The notes under the pieces: generated by a model | What the model was told of the DNA's origin: nothing | The model's input: only the letters and a program-made list of their open reading frames with translations | Database searches by the model: none | Position numbers and translations under genes: made by a program | In this document: positions 43,188 through 55,652 of the stretch, in pieces | How positions within the stretch are numbered: position 1 is the stretch's first letter | How the letters are laid out: each line of letters opens with the position of its first letter | NCBI GenBank assembly: GCA_963665115.1 | Contig: OY762007.1 | Coordinates: 3,200,001 to 3,264,000 of the forward strand | Direction: 5' to 3' | Length of the DNA stretch: 64,000 nt | From: an uncultured Rivularia sp. | GTDB taxonomy: Bacteria > Cyanobacteriota > Cyanobacteriia > Cyanobacteriales > Nostocaceae

Positions 43188-44741
43188 CTACGGCTGCTGA
43201 TTCATAGCTACATTAGCCCCAGGGGTAGAAACTATTGATTTCTGCAACATAGGGGTGTTAGCAACCGAATTATTTGCCAAGGTAAATAATGGGTTGGAAA
43301 GAATTCCTGCAATAGAGGTGGCAATTAAAGTAGTTACCAAGCCTATTTGTAATGGTCTTAATCCAGGTAAATTCCAATTGATTGGGGGATAATTCTTCAC
43401 TACATCGGACATTTCTTGAGGTTCTTTCACTACCATCATCTTGACGACGCGGATGTAATAGTAAATAGATACCACGCTAGTAACCAAACCCAATAAAACT
43501 AAGCCATAAAGACCTGCTTGCCAACCTGCCCAGAAAAGGTAGATTTTACCAAAGAACCCGGCTAAAGGAGGAATGCCCCCCAAGGAAAGCAAAGAAAAGC
43601 TTAAACCCAAAGTCAAAAGTGGGTCTTTCTGATATAAACCAGAGTACTCGGTAATTTGGTCGGTTCCCGTCCGTAGAGAGAACAGAATTACGCAGGTAAA
43701 ACCACAAAGGTTCATAAACAGGTAAACTAGCAAGTAAAATATCATGCTGGAATATCCTGCTTCTGTGCCAGCAATCAAGCCAATCATCACAAACCCAGCT
43801 TGAGCAATAGATGAATAAGCCAGCATCCGTTTCATGCTAGTTTGGGCAAGGGCAACCACGTTACCCAATACCATACTTAATACAGCTAAAGCGGTAAATA
43901 CGAATCTCCACTCATCAGCCACCAGAGGAAATACTGTTGTTAGCAAACGGATAGCTAAAGCAAAACCCGCAGCTTTGGAACCTACAGATAAAAACGCAAT
44001 TACCGGAGTTGGTGCGCCTTCATATACATCTGGTGTCCATTGGTGAAAAGGTGCGGCAGATATTTTAAAACCTATACCAGCAATTACAAACACTAAGGCA
44101 ACAACTACACCCAAGGATTGACCGAGGTTTGCAGTTTCGATGCCAGTGGCGATCGCGCTCAGTTCAGTTTGTCCACCAGACAATCCGTAAAGCAGGGAAA
44201 CACCATACAAAAAGACGGCCGTGCTAGAAGCTCCAATCAACAAATATTTGAGTGAGGCTTCGTTAGAACGAGGGTCGCGCTTGGTATAACCTGTCAATAA
44301 ATAAGAGGAAATACTAAGAGTTTCTAAGGAGATGAAAACCATCACCAACTCATTAGCACCCGATAGAAACATTCCTCCAAGGGTGGCAGTAAGCAAAATA
44401 GCGATAAATTCTGCTAAGGCGGTACCACTTTGTTCAACGTAGCGAATTGACATCAAAATAGTGATAACCGCACTTAGAGCAATAATACCGCGAAATACGA
44501 TACTAAGGTCATCGCCATTGAAGGCACCAATAAATGATATGGGATTAGGATTATCCCATTGAAGATACAAAGCGACCAAAGAAGCAAGTAAACCTGCAAT
44601 TGCTAGATACCCAATCCAGCGTGCGGACGAACGTCCTAAAATCAAGTCTACGATCAAAACCCCTAAAAAGGTGATAATTACAATCCCCTCTGGTACTATC
44701 GTTCCAGCATTTAACTGGGATGCAAGGTTAACAAAATCCAT
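43188..44741 (-). CDS. ndhB: NAD(P)H-quinone oxidoreductase subunit 2 (NdhB)
   Basis: [46 protein letters not shown]. Confidence 0.98.
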   Translation of the reverse strand: MDFVNLASQLNAGTIVPEGIVIITFLGVLIVDLILGRSSARWIGYLAIAGLLASLVALYLQWDNPNPISFIGAFNGDDLSIVFRGIIALSAVITILMSIRYVEQSGTALAEFIAILLTATLGGMFLSGANELVMVFISLETLSISSYLLTGYTKRDPRSNEASLKYLLIGASSTAVFLYGVSLLYGLSGGQTELSAIATGIETANLGQSLGVVVALVFVIAGIGFKISAAPFHQWTPDVYEGAPTPVIAFLSVGSKAAGFALAIRLLTTVFPLVADEWRFVFTALAVLSMVLGNVVALAQTSMKRMLAYSSIAQAGFVMIGLIAGTEAGYSSMIFYLLVYLFMNLCGFTCVILFSLRTGTDQITEYSGLYQKDPLLTLGLSFSLLSLGGIPPLAGFFGKIYLFWAGWQAGLYGLVLLGLVTSVVSIYYYIRVVKMMVVKEPQEMSDVVKNYPPINWNLPGLRPLQIGLVTTLIATSIAGILSNPLFTLANNSVANTPMLQKSIVSTPGANVAMNQQP

Positions 44742-45185
44742 GAGATATACAGGTTTCGACTATTAGACTTTCACACTAACTCTGTTAATTCTATTGTTTT
44801 TTACTGTTATTTCACCAAAATCATTCAAGATGAAAGTTAAATTCTACCTTTCAATTTGTATAGCTAAACATTTGTACTATATTTACTGCTATTAAAAAGT
44901 ACCTCTTGCATTAATGTCACAAACCGGGTTTTTTTCTAAGAAAGCATGAGCAGGACACTTGGTTTCTTTGGAGTTGTTGAGAGTGGTGCAAGATTTCAAT
45001 TAAAAAGCACCTCGTAAAAGGTGCTTTCGTAATTATTAAATCTAACTTTTATGTTTTCTTCAGTACTTAGTATGCTTTAATTTATCTAAAAATCGCTGAA
45101 ATAGTTGCTATACAAGGATTGTTATTTTCTACAATCGAGATTCGGGAACTAATAAATTTTTTCCTCTATTCCCTATTCCCTCTTC

Positions 45186-45287
45186 TAAGCTGCTGCACAT
45201 CTAATTTGTATTATCGTAGCGGGCAAGATGCCCGCACTACAAAACTTTCAAAAATTCCAATATACAAATTAAAAGATTTTTAGCTTA
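45186..45287. repeat. TAAGCT...AGCTTA dispersed repeat with REP-like core
   Basis: Core AGCGGGCAAGATGCCCGCACTAC; AATTTGTAT/ATACAAATT inner IR. Confidence 0.7.
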
Positions 45288-45341
45288 CTACTATTTTATT
45301 GGCTTTCTAAACTACGGAAGAACAACTTTAATCAAAAGTTT

Positions 45342-45966
45342 TTAAGCTTCGTGGCGAACGCGAGGAGTACGTGCCCCAGCTGCTGCTCCAACCATTGATG
45401 CGATTAAACCCAGTAAAGAACCGAATACAAACCACCATAAACCTTTGGAAGTCGCTTCTGCAATTTGAGTAGCTTGTTGTGGATTAATGTTGGGTACATT
45501 TTGCGGAATATCAGCACTTTGTATCTGATTAATTACTTCCCCAGCGTTATAAGCCGCAACACCGAAAGCTCCAGATACACCACTTGCTAGCAACCAAGAA
45601 CTAACAGCTAAAGTTGTAGCCCAAAGAATTGCACCATTTAGCAAAGCTGTACTGCGATTCATGGGGCCCGCAAGCACGAGTTGTAATCCAACCAGCAACA
45701 AACAAGGAGATTAACAAAGCTATTGTTGACCAAATGCCTACGTTACCTGCAATATTGGGTGCAATACTTCCAGGTGTACTAGAGTCGGAAACAAACGTTG
45801 CTCCAATAGCACCGAACAAAGCGCTTAAAATTAATTGAGTAGCTAAACCAACCAACAAGCCAGAGATAATCGGACCCCAACGAACGCGATCGTGATAATC
45901 TACTACTCTACTTGTTACAACAGGTTCATTAATTACTTCTTCACCGACTCTATTTACATAAGACAT
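45342..45966 (-). CDS. Conserved membrane protein, +1 frameshift at about 45665
   Basis: RVRWGPIISG motif; removing one base restores RACGPMNRSTALLNG and joins the two ORFs. Confidence 0.8.
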
Positions 45967-46449
45967 TATTTAGATATCTCCTGATTTTTTAACTAAAAAC
46001 TTTTTGAGCAATACTACTGCTTATAGTTAATAATTAAACGATCAATCTTAGCAATGCAAATCTATCCAACGGTATAGTTATTAGCTCTATCTTTAGCTAT
46101 AAGATACTGTTTTTAATCTTCGACAAAAGTTAACTTTTATTAAGGATATAATTTGATAACTTGTTGATGTTTTTTTTATAAAGATAAACCTAAAAAGCAA
46201 AAAATAGTAGGAATAGGTTTCGCGTCAATGCTATACTGTAAATAGCTTTTAAATTAAAAAATATTTTTAATTGTATCTTGAAAAAAGTTATTAGCTGTAC
46301 CAGTAGATGAATTCAATATAGTCGAAAATGACATCCCGGAGACAGAATAATTAGAAAACATTTTTTTAAAATTACTGTCTCCAGAGTGCCTATAACTTAC
46401 AGAAAATATTGACAATAATTACTTGTAAGCTATGTTTATGTGCTTGATA

Positions 46450-46779
46450 TTATTCACGTACTCTGACGGCAGTACCTACAGCAGTAATTAGTAATAAAAC
46501 ACCCGATTGATCGACATTGATTGTACCAGTATCAATTTCAATCCCGACAACAGCATTTGCTCCCAAACGCTGCGCTCGTTTTTCTAATTCTGAAAGTGCT
46601 TTTTGTTGACCTTCTTCAAATAAACGCTCGTAGCTACCTGTCCGTCCACCGATAATATCTCTTAAACCGGCGAAAAAATCTCGCATGAAATTACTGCCAT
46701 AAACAACTTCCGCCGTTACAACCCCTAAATAGGATTCAACGATAGCTCCTTGAATGACATCAGTAGTCGTAATAATCAT
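46450..46779 (-). CDS. YbjQ/UPF0145 family protein
   Basis: RDIIGGR..YE, GANAVVG, GTAV. Confidence 0.92.
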   Translation of the reverse strand: MIITTTDVIQGAIVESYLGVVTAEVVYGSNFMRDFFAGLRDIIGGRTGSYERLFEEGQQKALSELEKRAQRLGANAVVGIEIDTGTINVDQSGVLLLITAVGTAVRVRE

Positions 46780-47676
46780 AGGTTTGCCTTCATAACTGGG
46801 TTATAATTCCAATTGTGAATGATTCTGCAATCAAATAAATCTCCCTCCGCAAGAAGATGCTTAGAAAGCAATAATTATAATCGTGCAAAAGTAATTTAAG
46901 ATTTTGTTTAGATAGTGAATAGGCAACAGGAAACGGTAATATAAGATTTAAGATAGCTACCTAACTTAATCGGGTGCTTTTGTTTAGCTTGTTAAATATT
47001 TTTTTCAAAAGTACAGCTATTACAGTTCTCTTATATGTTTTATAGCCGTTTTACTAGGTAAAGGGGTTAACACAATAATTAAAGGTTTGTGTAATATCAG
47101 CGTATTACAAATCTATTGCAAACGCAGATATATCTCAATCGTAATCTATTATCTACTAAATCAGTCCTGCAACAAACCATTGCTAAGTAGTCAGGTAAAA
47201 TTATTTATATATTTTAATATATTTTATTTACTGCTCAGTGATGTAATCGTGCCCTATTCCCTACCTAAACGAAATGTTTAATTAATTTTGCACAAATGCT
47301 TATCTAGGAATAAATAAAAAATTAGCGTAAGCCTAAAATTATGTTCCGTGGCTTAGTTGTAGGCAACAATACATTTAAATAATACTGAATAAAAAACAAC
47401 GATATAATACATTAGATATACATACTCTTTAATGAACTAGCTTTTAAACAGCGAAATTACCTAATATAGAGGTTTACTGCTCGAAATAGTAAACAAACAT
47501 TTCATAACCGAGTAATTACTTAGAAAAAATGCTTTTGTATCGCAGTAACGATAAATTAATTGTAAAATTCAAAAAAAGTAAGCAAATAGAGTTTTCAAAA
47601 TTCAATATTTTTGTTTTAATGGACAAGCATAAATTTAAGTTGTGGTAAAGTTGCGAAAACTTTCAGGTATTCAACT

Positions 47677-48357
47677 GTGTACAATCGAACATATTCTCTC
47701 ATCAGTGTTCTCTTAATAGGAAGTGTTGCTTCTGCAATGCCTTCTGTAGCTCGGGCTGAAGTAAAAGTGGCGCAGAAAAGCACTCAGCAGGTAAAAATAC
47801 TGCTGGATGAAGGGCGCAGGCTGGTAAAATCTGGTGACTTTAATGGCGCAATCAGAGTTTATCAAGAAGCTTCGAGCTTAGAACCAAAAAACGGCAGTAT
47901 TTATTCTGGTATTGGTTACTTGTATGCTCAGCAAGGGAATTATCGTGCAGCATTAGCATCTTACCGTCGTGCTGTGTCCTTAAATCCCAATAATGCCGAT
48001 TATCAATATGCTTTGGCTTACGTTAGCGGTAGCATGGGCGATAATAAAACGGCTAAAACAGCTTACCGTAAGTCCATACAAATCAACCGTGAAAACGTTA
48101 ATTCCTACATTGGATTAGCTTTGATTTTGTTACGTTTAGGCGAATATGATAACGCCAAATGGGCATATGAGAAGGTTGTAGAGTTAGACCCAAAAAATCC
48201 TCAAGCTTACGAGTTACGAGGTAGAATCTTGATGAAGAAAGGTCAGTCAAAAGAAGCAGCAGGAGCTTTGAAGAAGGCACAAAATTTATACGAGAGCCAG
48301 AAAAAATGGGACGCTGTTGCTCGGATAGATATAATGTTGCGTGATATTGAGGGGTAA
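47677..48357 (+). CDS. Exported tetratricopeptide repeat protein
   Basis: Signal peptide (ARA cleavage site) plus several TPR units ending LEP/LNP/LDP. Confidence 0.9.
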   Translation: MYNRTYSLISVLLIGSVASAMPSVARAEVKVAQKSTQQVKILLDEGRRLVKSGDFNGAIRVYQEASSLEPKNGSIYSGIGYLYAQQGNYRAALASYRRAVSLNPNNADYQYALAYVSGSMGDNKTAKTAYRKSIQINRENVNSYIGLALILLRLGEYDNAKWAYEKVVELDPKNPQAYELRGRILMKKGQSKEAAGALKKAQNLYESQKKWDAVARIDIMLRDIEG

Positions 48358-48741
48358 ATTACCTTCTATTTTTTATCTTAATAATAGATAAAAAGTGACT
48401 GATGCTGACTTTCGATACTAGTACAATCCACCTATTCAGTAGGAATTGACTTATATGAATAAATAGGACTGTATCAAGAAAGCGTATTAACTTTATTGTT
48501 TGCTCGTGTCGTTTATCAATATTGACTCGAAGCAAGGTGGGAGTTGGAGATTATACTGTACTTATCCCACTTGCTTCATTCTCAAGCAATAACTTTACTT
48601 TTAATAATATTAGATACTAAAATATACAAATATAGTAGTTATTTTTATTCGTAATTATTCGTAAAAAGTGTCTAAAAGTTTTTTAAATTACATCATATTT
48701 CAAATTTAAGCTTAGAACCTAAGTTTAAATTCGCGTCGTCT

Positions 48742-48933
48742 CTAGCAGATTTTTGAATCCAGTTTCGACTTTTCTATGTGTTTGTGAAATATCTGTCTAT
48801 GTAAGTGCGAGCGCTTTTTAAGCAGCTTTGAGCGCTCTTGAAGCTCTTGTGACTGCTCATCAAGGTAGCTTATAGAGACCTCTGAGGTTTTTACTATCAA
48901 ATATCTATCCATTAATTTTATTTTTGCGATCAA
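48742..48933 (-). CDS. Possible small hypothetical protein
   Basis: 63-aa ORF with a coiled-coil-like segment downstream of the kinase; no recognised motif. Confidence 0.3.
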   Translation of the reverse strand: MIAKIKLMDRYLIVKTSEVSISYLDEQSQELQERSKLLKKRSHLHRQIFHKHIEKSKLDSKIC

Positions 48934-49234
48934 GTTTAATGCTCTTATTCTCCCTAATTAAAATTGCTAAGTAAACTAGCATAAGAGATAATTAAAGATT
49001 AAAGTATTTGCACCTAAAGATATGAATGTTTGTTTCTCAAGATTAAATTTTAATCATCTTTAGTCATAAGAACTCAAAAAAAGCCTGCCAAATTAACCAA
49101 AAGGTAGTCAGTTTGATTAAAAAAACTATCAAAAAATTGTGTTCGTAGAGGGTGTTATGGGCAAGAATGTTCTGACTTAAACAAGTGTATTTTATTTAAC
49201 TATAAACCGATTATATAAATTTAAATCCATCAAC

Positions 49235-50591
49235 TTATGCGTTTAGACTAAAAGGAATTGAAATGATAAATTCGCTTCCTGTTCCTAATTCTGAAATACA
49301 TTCAATTTCTCCGTTATGGTTATCAACGATGATTTGATAACTAACTGCTAATCCCATTCCAGTACCTTTACCTACTACTTTTGTAGTAAAAAATGGGTCA
49401 AATAAACGTTTGCTTGCTTCTTGAGTTATTCCAATACCATTATCAGTAATGTGAATTATAGCTTTGTTATCTACTGTCTCTGTAATAATCTTAATCTGAG
49501 GATTAGAAGTATTGTTTAGTTCTGATTTTTCTTCTAATGCATCAATTGCATTAGAGATTACGCTCATGAATACTTGATTTAACTGTTTCGGATAACATTC
49601 CACTTTTGGTAACTGAGCATACTCTTTTATGACTTGGATTTGTTTTCTATGAGGAGCTTGATTTATACGATGCTGCAATAGAATTATCGTATTTTCAATG
49701 CCTGCATGAATATCTACAGACTTGTAATTAGCTTCGTCAAGGTGAGAAAAATCTCTCAAGGATTGCACAATTTTACCGATTCTTTCGGCACCTTGATGCA
49801 TTGACTGAAGCAAGTTAGGAAAATCTTTGATAATAAAATCTAAATCAATATCATCTATATGTTGGTCAATTTCTGCTGCGGCTTCAGGATAATTCTTCCG
49901 ATATAAATTAATTAAACTAAGTAAATCTCCTAAATAACCTGTTGCTGCATCAATATTTCCATAAATAAAGCTAGTAGGATTATTTATTTCATGGGCTACA
50001 CCTGCAACTAAGCTGCCCAAAGATGCCATCTTTTCAGAAAGCAATAATTGGGCTTGAGTCAGTTTTAACTTGGCAAGGGTTTTTTCTAATTCTTGTGCTT
50101 TCTGCCGTTTCTCTTAATTCTGATTGTTGAAGTGCTTCTTCTGCTCGTTTGCGCTCGCTGATATCTCGCGCTACCCAAACCGCTTGAGTTTCACAAATAG
50201 GCGAAATACTTGCACTAAACCAATACTTAGTTTCTTCGACAACAAGACTGTAATCGTAATGAATTGTTTGTACTAATTTCAAAGCTTGACTAACTTTTTC
50301 TAACCAGGTTAGTTTAGCTTGTTCTTGAAAAAACTGTTCTACCGTTTCTCCAATCAAATCTATATCGCTATCTGAACTACTATATTTTGTAGGTATGATT
50401 TCTACATTACTTAGTACATTTCCATCAGCATGGATAATAAGCACTATGTCCGTCATTGCCTCAAAAATTGCTCTTACTTTGTTTTCGGAGCTACTCAGCT
50501 TTTCTTCAAGTAAATCGCGCTCTAGCATATCTTTTTTCAGTTTCTGATTTATTTTTTTTAATTCAGATAATTGCTGATAAAGTTCATCCAT
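49235..50591 (-). CDS. PAS-domain sensor histidine kinase, +1 frameshift at about 50109
   Basis: PAS/PAC (RDISERK); removing one A gives ELRERQKAQELEKTL..SEKMASLG..AHEINNP. Confidence 0.9.
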
Positions 50592-50728
50592 GAAATTATC
50601 TTATTATTTTTGGCTAAAGCCGTATTTTTTATACTGAATTAATATACTAGAAAAGAAAGTAAGCAAAGGTGAAAAAAAGCTACATTAATTAATGATGCAA
50701 TTAACAAGCATAATAAGAACATATATAA

Positions 50729-52423
50729 TTATTTTTCCGAGTTTTTATAAGCATTTTTTCTCGCCAGCCAATTGCTAGCAATTGGCATTCGCCAACCAGT
50801 ACCGAAAGCGCGATCTGTAATTTTGATTCCTGGGGGTGCCTGTCGCCGCTTAAATTCTGCACGAGTCACCATTTGAATAATTCGGTTGACAATTGATACA
50901 TCATGCCCTGCTGCAATTATTTGCTCTGCTGATTGATAATCATTAATTAAACGTTGCAAAATATCATCTAAAACTTCGTAATCTGGTAATGAATCTCGAT
51001 CGAGTTGATCGGGTTTAAGCTCTGCACTCGGTGCTTTAGTTAAAACATTTTGCGGAATTACTTCGCCGTTTCTGTTTAACCAATGACAGATCGAGTAAAC
51101 GCGGGTTTTAGGAACATCGGCAATCACGGCTAAACCACCATTCATATCGCCGTATAAAGTGCAGTAACCAACTGCCATCTCCGACTTGTTACCAGTTGAT
51201 AGCAGAAGATAACCAAATTTATTTGAAATTGCCATTAATAAGTTACCGCGAATTCGAGATTGGATGTTCTCTTCTGCCAATCCAAATTCAGTATCTGCAA
51301 ATAATTCTGCAAAGGTACCGTCATAAGACTTCATTAAATCTCCTATCGGCAGCTTTTGCGTGGTTATGCCAAGATTTTTCGCCAAGTCATCGGCATCCTG
51401 GATCGAAGATTCTGAACTGTAAGGAGAAGGCATCAACACGCCGAGTACATTTTCTTTTCCTAACGCTGCTGTGGCGATCGCCGCAACAATCGATGAATCA
51501 ATACCGCCACTTAAACCTAAAACTATTTTGGAAAAACGACATTTTTGAACGTAATCTTTTACTCCCAATACCAAAGCCTGCCAAATTTCTTCGTCTTCGC
51601 ATTTATAATCGGGTGCAATAGAGCCTACATTCAAATCAAGATTTTGTTTATCAAATTCTAGTTTAAGTAAATCAGTATCAAAACCACAAGCACGAGAAAT
51701 TACTTCACCGCGTTTATTCAAAGCAAAACTTCTACCATCAAAAATTAAATCGTCATTACCACCTACCTGATTTACATAGATAATTGGTGTTTTAAAACGT
51801 ATTGCAGTATGTTTCAACATAGCTTCGCGGAAGTGCTGTTTACCAAATGTATAAGGTGAAGCTGATAAATTAACAACTATATCTACGTTTAATTGAGATA
51901 ATTCGGCAATCGGATTTATGGAATAACTGCGCTTGCCAAAAAATTCTTCATCATTCCATAAATCTTCGCAAATCGTTACGCCGATTTTAACGTTATTTAA
52001 AGTAAAATAATTTACTTTATTACCAGCTTCAAAATATCGATGTTCGTCAAACACATCATAAGTTGGTAGCAATCGCTTGTGAAATATCTGTTTTACTTTT
52101 CCTTCAGCAAGTAAAGCAATGCTGTTATAAAGAGATTTACCTCCAGCAATATCTGCCTTCGTATTTTCTTCAGCGGTTCCGACTAATACCGCTAAATTAG
52201 CTGGTAAATCCTTGGCTAATTGTTGCAAAGCTATATTCATAGCCTGCATAAAATCAGGTTTTAATAATAAATCTCGTGGAGGATAGCCGCATAAAGAAAG
52301 TTCAGGAGTTAATAATAAATCGGCTTTATCTGCTACTGCTTTGTTGGCAGCCTCGATAATTTTTTGAATATTTCCGGGTATATCGCCAATAATTGGGTTG
52401 ATTTGAGCTATTGTAATTTTCAT
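50729..52423 (-). CDS. nadE: Glutamine-dependent NAD+ synthetase
   Basis: Nitrilase domain (PELSLCGY, ICEDLW) plus SGGIDS, TGNKSE and PSAEL. Confidence 0.97.
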   Translation of the reverse strand: MKITIAQINPIIGDIPGNIQKIIEAANKAVADKADLLLTPELSLCGYPPRDLLLKPDFMQAMNIALQQLAKDLPANLAVLVGTAEENTKADIAGGKSLYNSIALLAEGKVKQIFHKRLLPTYDVFDEHRYFEAGNKVNYFTLNNVKIGVTICEDLWNDEEFFGKRSYSINPIAELSQLNVDIVVNLSASPYTFGKQHFREAMLKHTAIRFKTPIIYVNQVGGNDDLIFDGRSFALNKRGEVISRACGFDTDLLKLEFDKQNLDLNVGSIAPDYKCEDEEIWQALVLGVKDYVQKCRFSKIVLGLSGGIDSSIVAAIATAALGKENVLGVLMPSPYSSESSIQDADDLAKNLGITTQKLPIGDLMKSYDGTFAELFADTEFGLAEENIQSRIRGNLLMAISNKFGYLLLSTGNKSEMAVGYCTLYGDMNGGLAVIADVPKTRVYSICHWLNRNGEVIPQNVLTKAPSAELKPDQLDRDSLPDYEVLDDILQRLINDYQSAEQIIAAGHDVSIVNRIIQMVTRAEFKRRQAPPGIKITDRAFGTGWRMPIASNWLARKNAYKNSEK

Positions 52424-52535
52424 TTATTAATTATTAATTGGGGAATTGGGAATAGGGAATTGGGAGTTAATATTATTTACTGATATTTCCTTTCTTTATT
52501 CTCTGTTTTGCTTTTATTAAATCATCTATATCAAA

Positions 52536-53282
52536 TTAAATAAAAACTAAAGGCTTATCTTTAAAAGGTGCGAAAGCTTCTGCATCAAACTGATACAAAC
52601 TAGCAGGACGACCGGCACCTCGCGACACTTTTATTCCGGTATCGGATAAAAAACCTAGTTTTAATAAGCGAGCGCGAAAATTAGAATAGTCAGAAAAATT
52701 TTCTCCTAAAACAGTAGTATAAAACTGATATAAATCGTTCAAAGTAAACTGTTCTGGTAATACATCAAAAGCGACAGGAGAATACTCTAATTTATTTCGC
52801 AAACGCTTGTGTCCGTATGAAATTATTTCATTATGGTCAAATGCTAATGATGGTATTTCTTTTACCGGGTACCAAGCTACATCGGCGACGCTATCGGTAA
52901 TTAATTGTGCTTCTTCAAATCGTACTAAAGCAAAATAACTTACCGATAAATAACGCACTCCATAACTATCGCTTGCTTCCCTTGGGTCGCGTTGGGGGCC
53001 GCCAAAAGTATATAATTGCTCTAAATAAAGGTTTTCAACACAAATTTTCTCAGCCATAATTCTATAGGCTGCATCTTCTAAAGACTCTCCTTCACGAACT
53101 AAAGTCCCTGGAAGACCCCAAGTTTTTGCAAATGGCTCTGAAGGGCGCATTATTAATAGAACTAACAGCCTATTTTGAGCAATATCAACTGAAAAAATCG
53201 CATTATCAACACCTACTTTGAAATCAGCTAAGGGCTGTTGATTTAAGGTTGGTAAAGTTTTGTTTTGGTTGAGTCTTGGCAT
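52536..53282 (-). CDS. nrtR: Nudix-related transcriptional regulator
   Basis: Nudix-like LPGTLV..GESLEDAA, LAFDH, wHTH with NFRARL and GRPASLY; lies in the NAD operon. Confidence 0.92.
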   Translation of the reverse strand: MPRLNQNKTLPTLNQQPLADFKVGVDNAIFSVDIAQNRLLVLLIMRPSEPFAKTWGLPGTLVREGESLEDAAYRIMAEKICVENLYLEQLYTFGGPQRDPREASDSYGVRYLSVSYFALVRFEEAQLITDSVADVAWYPVKEIPSLAFDHNEIISYGHKRLRNKLEYSPVAFDVLPEQFTLNDLYQFYTTVLGENFSDYSNFRARLLKLGFLSDTGIKVSRGAGRPASLYQFDAEAFAPFKDKPLVFI

Positions 53283-53842
53283 TCGTATAAATGCTTTTGA
53301 TTAATATAAGCAGCTACAGAGGGTGTCAAAGCTTGAGTATCGCCATGTTCGCGATACGCTGTTGAAGAAACATCTAATCCTGTAAGGTTCGCTACAGTAA
53401 TTTCTCCTCCTAATTCACGTACATGAAGCAAACTACTTTCATCTATGGTATATCCCGGTCTTGGTATCACCAATACTTCTGCCTCTTGCAACAAAGATTC
53501 AATTCTATACCAACGCTGGAATTGTTCGAGTAAATCAGAACCAATTATCACGACAAATTCACTATCTTTACCCCAACGTTGTTTGGCATTTTCTACTGTT
53601 GTCACGGTTCTCAAATGGCTTAACTCCTGCTCCAAAGCAATATTTTGCCTTAGTGGGTTAATATCAGCAATCAATAACCGTAACATTTCAACGCGATTTT
53701 CTAAAGATGTTTGATGAGATTTAAAAGGATTATTTGCTGCCCAAACTGTTACTAAATCGTAATGATGAGATAACCAAACTAAAACAGCTTGATGTCCTGC
53801 TGTTGGCGGATCTGCACTTGTACCAAATAATGCAATTTTCAT
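53243..53842 (-). CDS. nadD: Nicotinate-nucleotide adenylyltransferase
   Basis: FGTSADPPTAGH, IIGSD, VSSTAYR. Confidence 0.93.
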   Translation of the reverse strand: MKIALFGTSADPPTAGHQAVLVWLSHHYDLVTVWAANNPFKSHQTSLENRVEMLRLLIADINPLRQNIALEQELSHLRTVTTVENAKQRWGKDSEFVVIIGSDLLEQFQRWYRIESLLQEAEVLVIPRPGYTIDESSLLHVRELGGEITVANLTGLDVSSTAYREHGDTQALTPSVAAYINQKHLYECQDSTKTKLYQP

Positions 53843-53890
53843 TATTAGTTATTAGTTGTTAGTTGTTAGTTGTTAGTTATTAGATGTTAG
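53843..53890. repeat. Heptamer STRR tandem repeat (TTAGTTG/TTAGTTA)
   Basis: Direct inspection; similar heptamer arrays at about 26000, 52440, 56940 and 58900. Confidence 0.85.
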
Positions 53891-53948
53891 ATTTTAAGAG
53901 CAATAATTAAAACTAAATTCAATAAACGCATTTTCTACTGTTAACTGC

Positions 53949-55331
53949 TCACTGCTCACTGTTAACTGCTTTTGTCTGCTCGGTTAACTGTTGTAGAGAA
54001 GTTGAAATTTCTACTGGCATTGATGTTTCGGAATCTAAGTTTCTAATCTGAGGAGATAAACTGGCAACTGAAGCGACTGTTCGTTTTCTTATTATTCCAA
54101 TCGTATCTTGAGGTTCTAATCGTTTACCATTTTTCATAAATAATTTTAGTAAAGGTTGCTTGTCTGGATAATTTTCCGAAACTAATCCCAAAGTATCTTT
54201 CTTCAATTCACCTTTGACAAACTCGCGAAAAATCTGCTTTCTTCCTGGGTAACTAACTTTGCCGCTAGACTGCTTCATCACCGGGATACCGTCTATTTCC
54301 ACAAGTTTGTAAACTCCATTTATTGGCTTACCTGTCACCAATCGGGTTCCTATGCCATAACCATCGATTTGGGCATTATTTTTAAGTTTGGCAATTTCCC
54401 ATTCGTCTATATCTCCACTCGCAAAAATTGATACGTTTGGCAAAATTTCTCTGACTTGTTTTGATAATGCTACCAAATCTCCAGAATCTAATCTCACTCC
54501 CGTTAACTTTATTTCTCCCGCTTTTACTTTAACTGCTAATTCACGAGCGGCAGCAATTGTATCATAAGTATCAATTAATAAAGGTGCGCCTGGAAAATAT
54601 TGATGAAATGCACTAAAAGCCTGTTCTTCACTACCTTCTAATGCACAAAGCGCCATAACTAAAGCATGAGCCATTGTACCGCTAGGTTTTTCACCAAGTT
54701 TTAGTGCTGCCAACACGTTGGATGTCGCATCAAAGCCTGCTGCTAATGCCGCTCTCGCCGCCCACAACGACGCTTGGGGGCTGAATGCTCGTCTCGTACC
54801 GAATTCCAACAATGTTGTTTTTTCTCCTGCAACATCGCGCGATCGCGCTGCTCTGGTTGCAATCAATGTCTGATAATTTAAGGTATTGAGCAAGTAAGTT
54901 TCTACCAACTGCGCTTGCCATAACGGTGCTTCAATTCGCAATAAAGGTTCCAGAGCGAATACCGCAGTGCCTTCTGGAACAGCCCATACATCCCCCGTAA
55001 ATTTCCCGGTTTGCAATAACGACCAAAATTCTACAGGTGCCGATGCAAAAATTTCCGTTTGTTGCAAAGCCTTAATTTGATCGTCATTAAAGCTAAAATT
55101 TTCCAGATATTCCAGCACCTGCTCCAAACCCATCGCGATCGCATAACCAAATCCTTCTGGAAGTCTTCTAGCAAATACTTCAAAACTGGCTCTTTTTTGA
55201 TCTACATTTTCACCCTTATAACAAGCCGCCATCGTCAATTGATAAAGGTCTGTCAATAAACTATAATCCTCGCTGGAAATAGTCAATTGCTCGGATATTG
55301 ACGTACACTCGCGCTTAAACAAACTTGTCAT
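53949..55331 (-). CDS. pncB: Nicotinate phosphoribosyltransferase
   Basis: LLTDLYQLTM, EFGTRR, GTMAH, LIDTYD, RLDSGD, VYKLV. Confidence 0.96.
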   Translation of the reverse strand: MTSLFKRECTSISEQLTISSEDYSLLTDLYQLTMAACYKGENVDQKRASFEVFARRLPEGFGYAIAMGLEQVLEYLENFSFNDDQIKALQQTEIFASAPVEFWSLLQTGKFTGDVWAVPEGTAVFALEPLLRIEAPLWQAQLVETYLLNTLNYQTLIATRAARSRDVAGEKTTLLEFGTRRAFSPQASLWAARAALAAGFDATSNVLAALKLGEKPSGTMAHALVMALCALEGSEEQAFSAFHQYFPGAPLLIDTYDTIAAARELAVKVKAGEIKLTGVRLDSGDLVALSKQVREILPNVSIFASGDIDEWEIAKLKNNAQIDGYGIGTRLVTGKPINGVYKLVEIDGIPVMKQSSGKVSYPGRKQIFREFVKGELKKDTLGLVSENYPDKQPLLKLFMKNGKRLEPQDTIGIIRKRTVASVASLSPQIRNLDSETSMPVEISTSLQQLTEQTKAVNSEQ

Positions 55332-55364
55332 ACAGAAAAGCACCTTGGCAACACCTATTTGTAT

Positions 55365-55385
55365 TTATGGTAGTTTTCACCATAA
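55365..55385. promoter_or_regulatory. NrtR operator upstream of pncB-nadD-nrtR-nadE
   Basis: TTATGGT-AGTTTTC-ACCATAA with perfect palindromic arms, GT-N7-AC. Confidence 0.85.
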
Positions 55386-55652
55386 ATCATGTCAATAGCT
55401 AATTTAGGGAATTGGGCATGGGGAAGAATTAATAATTCCTAATTCCTAACTTCTAATTGATTACTAATTTAAGTTAAGATAAATAATGGTTATTCTTTTA
55501 CAGAAAAAACCTAAAGTATTGCAAAGCAAGTTGAAGAAGAGTTGCGAATACTTTCGATATATTGAGAAGTCGAATTAATTTCTCATATAGGAAATAAAGT
55601 AGAGATATCAAGTTTTAAAAGATAAAAATAAAAACTGAAGGAGATTACCTTT